A DNA stretch of 64,000 nt from Octopus vulgaris (lineage: Eukaryota): assembly GCA_951406725.2 (NCBI GenBank), contig OX597827.1, forward strand, positions 27,156,001-27,220,000. The letters are read 5' to 3'. Positions within the stretch are counted from its first letter, which is position 1, and every line of letters starts with the position of its first letter. Shown piece by piece: positions 52,797 to 64,000 of this stretch. A program made the position numbers and the translations under genes. The notes under the pieces were generated by a model that made no database searches, was not told the origin of the DNA, and was given only the letters and a program-made list of their open reading frames with translations.

Positions 52797-55320
52797 AGTT
52801 TTTCTGACAAACCGAAGGAGGAGAAAGCAAAATCTTTCGAGCAGTAACTAACCTTCTGTTCCTTTCATTTGTGTTTTAACTCACTAGGATTATGATCAAG
52901 ATTGGTTGTGTGAATGCGCGTGACTTGGGGTCCACTTGGAAACCTCTTAAATGACATAAAGCCACACAAGTTAGAAATCATAGCCATAAGGGAGACTAAA
53001 CTCCATAATCCACGGGCCCTACAGCCCATGTTTGGCAGACAGTTTAACATTTATTTTTCTCCCTGTCTGCTGAGATGGGCGGTAGTGGCACTGCGGTACT
53101 TTTTCGCAAGAGTCTGGATCTCGAAGTAAAGACAATATTCGTAGATCCGGAGGGTAGACTGGTTGTCCTGGATGTCGACGGCAGCAATGTGTGCGCTTTT
53201 CGATTCGTAACAATCTACGCATCGCTTTAACTGGTCGGTCGGATTTCTTTCGACGTCTAGAAGTATTCCTAGGAATGTCTCGTCCCTTACGTTTAGTGGG
53301 GGATTGGAATGCTACCTTGGACACACATGTTGACTACGTGGACAGAGATAGGAATTGACGGGGATGCAAATGCCTCAGAGAGCTGCTCAGATGCTTTCAA
53401 CTGTCTGACAGGTACCGACTCGATCACCCGAATGCACCAACGTGGACATGGAGCAACAGCATCGGGTCGTCGAGATCGTATGTAGATAGGATACTGTGTA
53501 GGACGGTAGATAGAGATAGCGTAGGGTGTCCACAATTCCATATAGTCAGCTACACGGATCACAGACTTGTGACGTGTACGCTAGACTTAGATAAGACACA
53601 TAGGCAGGGTCCCAGGTACTGGAAACTGAAAGCGTCTTTCTTATCGAAACAGGTTTTCAGAGACCGGATTAGTACGCTAGTAAAGAGGGCTTTGACGGGA
53701 GCCATCATCAAAAACAAATGGTGGTTTGCCCTCAAGAGAGCAATAAAAGCAGAAGCGATTAGGTATAGCAAAGCACTAGCCATAGACAGAAACAGAGTAG
53801 AGGGTGACCTAGTTAAGAAGCTAGACGAGGCGATTAGAAGTGGCATCGTATTCGACGTTTTGGCGGCGAGGTTGGTCCTCGAGCAACATTTCAACGCCAA
53901 ACATGAAGAGTGTCTTGTCAGAGCTAGGATGCGTGCTCTAAGGAATGAAAGTGTTGGAGCGGCGCGAGAGGCCGGGTGGCGGAGGCGCAACAGGGCAAGA
54001 AGGCCACCATTCGGTCTCTTGTAGATGAACAGGGGTACGAATTACTCGAACCAAGTAAAATGTGCCAAGCCTTTCAACAGCATTTTGCCCGACTGTTCGA
54101 GACGAGTGGCGGGCGAGAACGCAGGGTTCTCGCTTGTCATCGAGAAAGGAAGCGTTCCGATGGTCAGGCGATCTGTTTGCTGCTACCATCCGCTAAAAGG
54201 ATGCCGTGGTGGATGATGTGCAGACATGCGCTGAGACTGCGATATTTCCGGCTCTACGTAGACGACGGTGGACAGGTGTGCTCACCGTTTGTGCGATGCG
54301 CTTTCCCACAACTCATCTCCATGACCGAAGTGCAGTCGTGGAGCAAGAAGAGACCGAGGAAGGGGGGATGGCACCGTGAGAGTCGCATTGCTCTCGAGCA
54401 ACTATGCCATCCCGGGTCGACCTTGAGCGACTGCATCACAACCAAGGCATTCTCTAGGGGATTAGTGGAGGGGAGGTACGATGACGATCTAGGGGCGAAC
54501 CTGGGTGTCGACGAGGAATACCTGACCCGCCTGTTCAAGACGACTTTCGGGCCGGGACCTATGGACACATTCCAGAGATCCCTGGTGTGGCAGTGCTATC
54601 GAGATAAGTTCTACATGCATGGCTCGAGAAATGCCGGGCCGACCTGCCTGAGATGCAGTGTCCAAACATTTCCGACCTGTGGGCTTAAGTCGAACGACTG
54701 CTGTCACGTGTGGGAGGAGTCGGTTTATCAGCCGAGTCAATCGTTAATATTGTCGCGCCTCCTCCCTTCAAACGAGAAGGAAGAGCCATTTTCATCGTAC
54801 TTGAGGCTATGGCGAAAGAATGTGTATGGTTCACGCGTCTGAAAGGACTAGAGACAAACACCTTCCTCCTTGGTCAATCACTCATCAACTTCTTCAAGTA
54901 TCACTTGAAAAAAAAAGGTGAGAATAGAGAGGGAAATTTTGTCTAGCGAATGCTTCAACAAAAGATGGGTGAATGTAGCAAGGATGGCTCGTGTGACTGA
55001 TGGAGCCGCCTTGAGCATAATTCTATTGAACCAGAAAAACAAAGGAAAAAAGAGAGTTACTAACTGTAAATGTGTTATTGTATGACATTATTGCCCGAGG
55101 TTACCGTGGTCTTTTCGTTTTTTTTCTTTCCACGGATAAACCTTCCCACTTTTGGGAACTACGTTTCTTTTCCTTTTGTATTATTTCGACTTTTGTATAT
55201 TCCAAACGATTTTGATCCCTTTTGATTGTTGTCCCTATTTTTTTTTCGTCCCCCTCGAAAAGAAAAACTCTACATTGTATTTGTCTTCTCTGTTCAGCCG
55301 TGTGTGACCAATAAAGAAAG
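52797..55320 (+). mobile_element. Tx1/L1-clade LINE with APE endonuclease and C-terminal region but RT deleted; embedded in (TATC)n
   Basis: AIRETK, DPEGR, LVGDWNA, TWTW, SYVDRI, YTDHRLV, GPRYWKL (APE); jump near 54145 to KGSVPMVRRSVCCYHPLKG, homologous to 7072-8167. Confidence 0.88.
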
Positions 55321-56640
55321 TTATCTATCTATCTATCTATCTATTTATCTATATATTTATCTATCGTTGTTTTCCTATTTCTCTGACGCTTTCTGTATGT
55401 GTGTAAATAAATATCTTTCTTCTTAACATGTGTATGTATGCGCGCGCGTGTGTGTGTGTGTGTGTGTTTGTGTATGCGTTTGTGTGTGTTTGTGTGTATG
55501 TGTGTGTCTGTGTGTGTGTGTGTTTATGTGTTTATGCGTTTGTGTGTGTATGTGTGTAGTCAGAGGAGGTGCGAAAGTCATGAGGACCTCTGCCGTTGGT
55601 GGGAGGCGAGGAGAATGTTTTCCTGAAACCGAAAATGAAACCCGATTGCTTACAACCGGGTTACATCCGATTTAAAACCCACAAATGGCTGCTGGTGCTT
55701 TTAGACATGGCGTCCCTATAAATCCTCTTACAGTAAGTGCTTTCCTCCTGTCCTTCCGCCAATCGTCCAGGTTATTGGCCTCTACAAAATTGGTTGTCTC
55801 AAGGGTTGGCCGACCGTAGGCTATGATAAAAGACACACTGGTACAACATACTACCTAATGGGGTCGAACACGAGACCTAATGGTTACAAAACGGTCTTCT
55901 TAACCACACATCTATACCCGTGTCAATATTTGTATGTGTCTATGGGTGTTGTTTTGCATGTGTGAGTGTATGCATCCATAATTTCGTACCTTGAGTACGG
56001 GCGTATGCGTACATAGACGGTTGCGCGTGCAGACGCAAGTCTGATATTTGACTGCATAATTTTGTTTTCTTTTTCTTCACCGAAGAAAAAAAATGGCAAG
56101 AAGCTGTTTAATCCAGGTGGCGATATTTTTGTCTTTTTATTATACCTTGTAAGTTCTACCGCCTGAAAATTATATTCTAAAAACCTTTTTGCTTAATTCC
56201 AGGTGGCAACAGTTAAACATACCGATAGCAGGATATACATAGAATCAGTACAACAATAGCTGAGTGTGTATCAAAGATAACAAGCATAAACCTGTTTTGC
56301 AATATTGCCAAAGGTACGTAAACTGTCATTTATTCTCTTTTAAAACGAGAGCAACAAACAGACGAAAATCGCATATAAAATATGAATTAGCTGAATGCAT
56401 GTAGACTAATCGCTAACGATTATGCACCGTCGTCTTCATTATAAGGAATATTATAAAGTTAAAGTATATTAATATACGCATATGAAACAGCCTTAAATTA
56501 ATATGCAAGTGTGTATAATACATATATTCTGTATACAGTCGACTCAAGCTGTACATATTTTGTGTTAGAGAAAGTTCTCAGAGAGAAACGTGGGTAAAAA
56601 AAAGAACAAGACAAACGACTTTGTTCAGAATGTCCGTGGA

Positions 56641-56691
56641 TATTGCGACACATTTGTTTCGACTTGATTTGGCCTTTTCAGTGGCGAATAT
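56641..56691 (-). ncRNA. Decayed hammerhead-like motif
   Basis: Minus strand: atattcgc(ca)-CTGAAAA-ggc..gtc-GAAA-caaatgtg-TC-gcaatat. Confidence 0.45.
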
Positions 56692-57236
56692 GCCGGACGT
56701 ACTGAGCTAGGTTAATGATGTTTGTTCCGATAGAGAAATCTGTAAACAAAATATTTACTGATTTATGCAAAAGCAAACCAGGATAGAATTGAATTGAAAC
56801 AGCTTTAGATAATGTTTCGGTATGTAGACGACGTGGAATGAAATTAGCTACAATATTTTGCCGTAAAGAAATTTCTCAAAACTTCAATGTCCGGAGTATT
56901 CGTCAATGAGGAGGTCGAATCAGGTCGAAATGCCGTGCCTAACGATCCACCAGTATTTTGAGCGAAGTCCCGTATTTTGAATTTTTTTTCAGCTATTTCA
57001 GCAATTGCCGATTCATGCTTGTATCCCCAATTATAATTGCTATATACACGGGGAAATGTAAAGTTGTGAATAAAAACAAAGAAAAATAGCCAATATATAA
57101 AACAAAAATATAAGCACGCACAATCATATTTAAGATTTTCGAGTACACTTGGACGTGCAAAAGTCTCCCGCTGCGGAAATAGTCTCCGAAGGAAATTTCC
57201 TTAAGACAATGTGTGTTAAAACATGATGAAACTGGA

Positions 57237-57283
57237 TCGTAGGATGCATGCGTTTCCCACTCGTTACGTTTCATCAACTACGA
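57237..57283 (-). ncRNA. Hammerhead-like motif (UUGAUGA core)
   Basis: Minus strand: tcgtag-TTGATGA-...-GAAA-cgcatgca-TC-ctacga; 6-bp stem I. Confidence 0.6.
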
Positions 57284-57401
57284 ATGCTGAATTCGGTTTT
57301 CATTGACCTGTAAAACGCGTTGTTCTTTTACACACACACACAGCAAATAGTAGGTTTGTTCATATTCGAAAAGCTTGGTGTACAAAACAGCGTTGAATGA
57401 G

Positions 57402-57444
<43 letters not shown>

Positions 57445-57893
57445 ATATGTAATCATAAGCAACAAGGATAATGCAGTACGATCGTTTCATGCAACTCCAT
57501 TTAACTGAACAATGCAATCATTGCGGAAACGACGATCGTACTGCATTACCTCTGGATATCCTTGTAGCTTATTTTGATTTTAATCACTTTACTTTGAAAT
57601 TGTATGGATAATACTGTAGTAAATTCTGGTGCCTCAACTTAAGCACCATATTCATCTGAATCTCTCTCTCTCTCTTCTCTCTCTCTCTATATATATATAT
57701 AATAATATATAGACTTAGATCAGAAGGCAAGTCACTAAAATGTTCGCGAATAACGACGAAAGAACTTTGATTGTTTAACCAGTTCATTAATTGCTTAATC
57801 AGTACACTGAACAGCTGACTGATTAGTTAGTTGGTCACATATTTAACCGCTTGACAAACCACAAAGAAGTGATATAGAACCAGTGTACATGTT

Positions 57894-58340
57894 AAGGCGG
57901 CGAGCTGGCAGTATCGTTAGCACGATGGACAATACGCTTAACAGCATTTCGTCAGTCGCCACATTCTGAGTTCAAATTACGCCGGGGTCGACTTTGCCTT
58001 TCATCCTTTCAGGGTCGATAAAAGTATCAGTGAAACACTGGGGTCGATATAAACGACTAGTTCCCTCGCCACGCCCCGCCAACAAATTTCAGGCCTTGTG
58101 CTTTTAGTAGAAAAGATTATTATTGGTTTTGACGAGCTGGCAGAATCGGTAGCATCCCGGACAACATGCTTAGCAGCATTTCGTCCGTCCTTACGTTCTG
58201 AGTTTAAATTCCACCAAAGTCGACTTTGCTTTTCGTTCTTTCGAGAGTCGTTGAAATATGTACCAGTTACGCACCGAGGTCAATGTAATCGACTAACACC
58301 TTCCCCCAAAATTTCGGACCTTGTGCCTATAATAGAAACG
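57894..58340 (+). mobile_element. Two tandem SINE family B copies ending in (ATT)n
   Basis: aaggcggcgagctggcag head at 57894; second head near 58130. Confidence 0.85.
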
Positions 58341-58403
<63 letters not shown>

Positions 58404-58457
58404 TATTATTATTATTATTATTACTATTATTATTATTATTATTATCACCATTATCAT

Positions 58458-58792
<335 letters not shown>

Positions 58793-59469
58793 CGTAATAA
58801 CCCCATGGTTGATGCTGTAATTGACTGACATCTCTCCGTCTTAATAAAAGAGACTGACCTCGGCAAAATGAAAAAACAAACTAGGCATCGGTAGGATTTG
58901 AACCCAAAACCTAAATAAATAATGTAAAGTGTTTTGTCTAACGCACTGTTGGTTCTAGTAATCTACTAACCCCTGAGTGTGAGGTGAGTGGAATTTGAGT
59001 GAGAAATGATTGAGAGGAGAGTGGAAGATGTGGGAGAGTTAAGCGAGAGGTAAGTGAAAATTGAGGGAGAATTGAATGAGAAGAGACTGAGTGTTGAGGG
59101 AGATTTGAGTGAAGGCTGAGGGAGAGCTGAGAGAAGATTGACTAAGAGTTGAATTACTGATGAATAAGAAATGAGTGAGAGGTGAGTAAGTGCTAAACGA
59201 GAGCAGATAATTAGAAAATAGTATGGATTCCTTTCCTCCGACAGCAAATGAGTTATAAACGTCTGTTGGACAACATGGTGATTAACTGGACAATCAGAAA
59301 GTGGTGGGAGTGGTGGTGGTGGTGGTGGTGGTTGTACGTGTGATGTTGGGAGTCGTGACGGAATCTATGGGGGCGGTGACGGGGATTGTGGAGGAGGGGT
59401 AGGGAAGTGGGTAGAAAAACATTAAAGATAAGCTATTCATAGTAAGAAGAACTACTACTACTACTACTA

Positions 59470-59542
<73 letters not shown>

Positions 59543-59729
59543 AGTTGCTGCTACTGCTACTGTTGTTGTTGTTGCTGCAGCTCCTAGACGATGGCCGCAA
59601 CATGCAACAACTATGTACGACCATGCTGTTATAAATACCCACGTGAATTATTTCAGTACCAAAACTAGCACCGAATGTCTGTAGGGTTTCGTCATTTTCA
59701 GGTATATATTTGACTACATTATTCTACAT

Positions 59730-59767
<38 letters not shown>

Positions 59768-59816
59768 ACACATACACACACACACAAACACACACACACA
59801 CACAAACACACTATAT

Positions 59817-60025
59817 TTTCTCTTTCACTTAATCCAGTCATTAGAATGCGGCCATGTTGTGACTCCGCTTTGAGAGGATTTTAGTCGAACGATACTAACC
59901 CGCCCACCTACACCCCAGTCCTTATCTTTCTTTTAAAGCTTGTTACTTAACTCTTGGTCTCTTTTGTCAAACCACTAAGTTACGGGCATGTAAACAAACC
60001 AAAACCGGTGGTCAAGCGGTAGAGG
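59817..60025 (-). mobile_element. SINE family A 3' half, degenerate
   Basis: cagtcattagaatgcggccatg...ctaagttacggg..tgtaaac. Confidence 0.6.
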
Positions 60026-60175
60026 GAGAGATAATTTGATAATTCTTTCAAGTGCTTAGAAGTAATAATTAATAGATAATCTTTCTCAATTTTCTTACTA
60101 CTTTAATATATATTATATACATGTGTGTGTGTGTGTGTGTGTGTGCGCGTGTGTGTGTGTGTGTGTGTGTGTGTA

Positions 60176-60215
<40 letters not shown>

Positions 60216-60531
60216 TTAATAAGCAAAATCCAGACAATCATCTCAAAAGCACTTCAAGCATGAGTTTGGCTAGAAGTGTTCAAATAGCAGTGTAAAAGTT
60301 AGACCTTTTGATTGACCAATGAACGATTGGTTATACTTCGATTAATTATTAAAGAAGCATTTTACCAATCTAAGGTATGTATATCAAATAAGTATGGTTT
60401 AATGTTCGCTGACTGAATGAAATTAAATTTGGGGAAAAGAGATGTCAGGTTACGTACGGTTTGGAAAACGATTCCAGTTGTTTCGTATTACATACACATC
60501 TTTTGATATAATTTGATTCTCAGTCAACTTA

Positions 60532-60639
60532 CAATGTCTGAAGAAGTAATGAACTCTAAATGTATTGCATACCATTGCACAATTTTTGCATGTAATATGA
60601 AGCAAATGACGTTCGTTGATCGAAACGTACGTAACATTG
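60532..60639 (+). ncRNA. Type I hammerhead ribozyme with long stem II
   Basis: caatgt-CTGAAGA-..aatgaac...gttcgttgatc-GAAA-cgtacg-TA-acattg. Confidence 0.8.
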
Positions 60640-61318
60640 ATCTGAGTTCATTTTTCCGACCAAAATTATCAAATATATTAACTGTGTGTTTCTGCAAATC
60701 ATTAGAAAGTAGGGTGACACATTAGATCAAGTTGTTCTAGATATTCCGCCTCTCGAAAGTAAGGAGATGGTCATGTGTGAAATCCCTTTAATCAAGGGTT
60801 GATAAGTCGATCAGAATTGATGTAAGACGTGAGTGATAGACAACGCTTGCACTCCACAGTGACTTCACAATGAGTTTACTCTATTCCTTGTGGCTCTCAT
60901 ACCCCTCCTTATCTTCATCCTTCCTTCCCAAATTCCCACAGATAAGATTCTCTGTTATTTCAATCTCTAAAAGGCGCGTAAAAGGTTTTGAATTACAAAA
61001 ATGCATTTGCTTAGAACAGGGGTGCCTTTTGCACTTTGTCCGAGAGTGAGGACGAGAAAGAAGTAAGTGCTGGGGCTATAACTGAAGGCAAGTGTAAATG
61101 GATTATTTTGTCGGGCAATGAAATGCGGAATCGCTTGAGCATCGAACAAAAGAAATTATACTACATACACCCGTGCACATACACAGATATAGATACACAT
61201 ATGTCATATACATACATACATGAGTGTGTATGTGTATTTGCGTGTGCGCATGTGTGTCTGTGTGTGCATATAAAGGATTAGAAAACATATGAAAACTTCG
61301 TAAGTGTATGTATGAATG

Positions 61319-61349
<31 letters not shown>

Positions 61350-61374
61350 GCATGCATGCATGTATGTATGTATG

Positions 61375-61408
<34 letters not shown>

Positions 61409-61458
61409 TGTATATATATATGTATCCAGTCATTCACACTCTCTCTTTCTCTCTCTAT

Positions 61459-61503
<45 letters not shown>

Positions 61504-61970
61504 CATCTATCTCTCGTTCTCTCTGTATATATATATATTATATAAATATATATTGTTTCGGGTTAAGGGTGTAAATTAAGTAATTATAGTTCAATCGTTG
61601 ACGTAGCGGAAGTGATTGCCATTTACCGCATCCGGAAAGAAAGAAAAAATCTAAAATTGTGAACTTCCCGCCAGAGGGCATTCCGATAGTTTGGCAGAAT
61701 CTATCACAGGATTTTGTCACCGTTAAAATAACCATAAAAAAGCTTGTCTGTCGCCGCCATTTTAGTTAGCTTTCTTCTCGCTCTCTCTATTCTCACTCCT
61801 TCTCTCTTCTTACTTCTTTCTATCCATCCCTCCTTCAACCCTCTCTCTCTCTCTCGCTCTTTTTCTCTCTTTCTATCACTATCTCGTCCTATCTCTCTCT
61901 CTCTCTCTCTCTGTCCAGCTTTGCTTTATGAGGCTTCGTGTTGCAAGCGACTTCGACTTCCACAAGAGAA

Positions 61971-62024
<54 letters not shown>

Positions 62025-62726
62025 ACACACACACAAGCGCGCACACAAACGCAGGAACTGTTAGACATCGGGGCGTGCATACATACATTATAAATGTATG
62101 GACAATCGCATCCTATGAATACATCTGCATGTGTGTATGTAAATAAGTATACACGCGTTTGTGCGTATGTATATATATGTAAGTATATCTGTCTGTATTT
62201 ATGCAAAGGTGTCTGTATGTGTGTGTGTAGGTGTGGGTGTGGGTGTATTAACGCGCATGCATTGACATACATGATGTTGTCTGTGAATATTGTTATTGAA
62301 CAAGTCGGTTATTGGGCCGGCATGTAATCACATTCTGCCTAATCTAGGGTCATTTTTGGCGTCCATTCGTTGTAGATACGAATGAATTTGTTAACCTCGC
62401 TATTATTTCTCACTGTGAGCATAGTGATACAACACACGCACACATACATTTATACATACTTAAGTACGTATATATATATGCATATATGCTACGTATGCAC
62501 ATGCATATAAACGTACATACGCACATGTATTCGTATATACATTCATTTTTCTTGGGGCAACACGTTCATAGAAACATGATCAGTTCACTTAGAATAAAGA
62601 ACTCAAAAGTTAGAAGTCTGAGTATCAATATGTTTAATCATTATTCATGAGTCCAACAAAATATATTTTGTTTCGCCTATACAAACAGACACATAAACAC
62701 ATGCGCACACACGACGAGCTCTCACA

Positions 62727-62873
62727 TCGTTTCCGTGTATCAATCCTCTTACAAAGCATTGGTTGGCCCGGGGTTATCATAGAAGACACTTGCTCAAAGG
62801 TGTTATACATTGGGACTGAACCCGAAACCTCGTAGTTACAAAACAAATTTCGTAACCACGCAGCCATGCCTGT
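62727..62873 (-). mobile_element. SINE family A head
   Basis: Reverse complement of caggcatggctgcgtggttacg...gggttcagtccca...agcaagtgtcttcta. Confidence 0.7.
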
Positions 62874-63138
62874 GAAGGCGCTTATTTTCCGTTTTGTATT
62901 CGTTGTCTTTTTTTTGTGTGGGTGTTTATGGTTTTTGTGGTTGAGTTTCGAAAATGTCAGAGAAGGGCGTTTGTTTAATGCTGCAGTGTGGAAATAGAAT
63001 CTGAAGTTATTATAGTGACATGTAGTGTGACATGATCGCTACTATTGTTATTCTACAAACCAGTTCACTTTGATTCTTTTGGGGAGCAGTGAGTCTCGAA
63101 ACACACATACAGCTATGAATATTGGCATATAGATATTC

Positions 63139-63348
63139 GTTTCTACTATAGACACAAGGCCTGAAATTTTGGGGGAGGGGATAGTCGATTATATCGATAC
63201 CAGAGCTCAACTGACATTAATTTTATCGACCCCGAAAGGATGAAAGGCAAAGTCGACCTCCGCGGAATTTGAACACAGAACGTAAGGACGAACGAAATGC
63301 CGCTAAGCATTTTGCATGGCGTGCTAACTATTCTGCCACTTCGCTGCC
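63139..63348 (-). mobile_element. SINE family B
   Basis: atcgaccccgaaaggatgaaaggcaaagtcgacctc...gctaagcattt. Confidence 0.8.
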
Positions 63349-64000
63349 TGTATCATGTAAATACTGAGCTGAAAAAATACTTTTGCAGAGAAAAAAAAAA
63401 ACGAAGGCTGCCCGTATTAGAAAGCTTGTGTCTACAGGAGATGCGGTTTTGTGGCCCACGGGCGCCTTCGATTTTTTTCCAGTCCAACTCAATAATCTAC
63501 ATGCAATTATTTATAAATTTATTCCACGTTTTCTCGAAAATCTAAAAAGTCTTATTTAACTTCAGTTCGTTTTTCGTTAGTGTTGGATATAAATGTTTAC
63601 TAAATTTCTATTTATGAATTTTTGCGAGACCCGTGTGAAGTTGTCTGACACTGAATAGTACAGTGGTTTTTGTGGTTTTGATCTTTTAATTTTGAGGCCA
63701 TGTCTGGTTTTTACAAGGGTGTTTATTTCTGAAGTGTAATCCTTGCATTATTTTCATGTTGCCTTGAGGGGAATATTTTTGTTGATCCGTCTATAATTAT
63801 TTTGTCCAAAGTGTGTTCAGCAACTGTCATATTTGTGATGTTTGTATTGTCTTCCGGAAGCCTTGATTCTAATCCTAAGTGGAAATTCTTATACCGAGAT
63901 TTTTTGAAGTTTCTAAAAGTGTTTTTCTTCATTGATGTATGAGTCTGGTGTAATAATAATCGGTAGGTGGTACCAATATAAAGTTCTGGAAGTATTGGCC

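Noticed and set aside
63723-63932. 69-aa ORF at the window end
   Set aside because: No recognisable motif; it may be part of an element continuing beyond the window but cannot be called.

Overview
AT-rich, microsatellite-saturated eukaryotic DNA with no recognisable host gene; it looks intergenic or deep-intronic. The SINE families and repeat load point to an octopus/coleoid cephalopod genome, which is an inference rather than a database result. Almost all listed ORFs are translations of (TA)n, (CA)n, (AAT)n, (GATA)n and similar arrays. The real protein-like remnants are all decayed retroelements: R4/Dong-like restriction-like-endonuclease (RLE) tails in (TAA)n, two Tx1/L1-clade LINEs, several RTE tails and a Penelope-like (Naiad-type) element with a GIY-YIG endonuclease. 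There are also dozens of tRNA-derived SINEs in three families and a few DNA-transposon MITEs. The most striking hidden layer, read by eye, is roughly 20 type-I hammerhead ribozyme (HHR) motifs, intact or decayed, from several unrelated small elements sitting mostly in or next to (TA)n. Most have tiny palindromic stem IIIs. Some have variant catalytic cores (a G3-C8 swap; loss of A6). Two units appear circularly permuted, as expected for retrozyme/circRNA-derived copies, and several are linked to long fold-back palindromes. HHRs in Penelope-like elements (PLEs) and metazoan retrozymes are established biology; whether these particular families and core variants are undescribed needs the checks listed.
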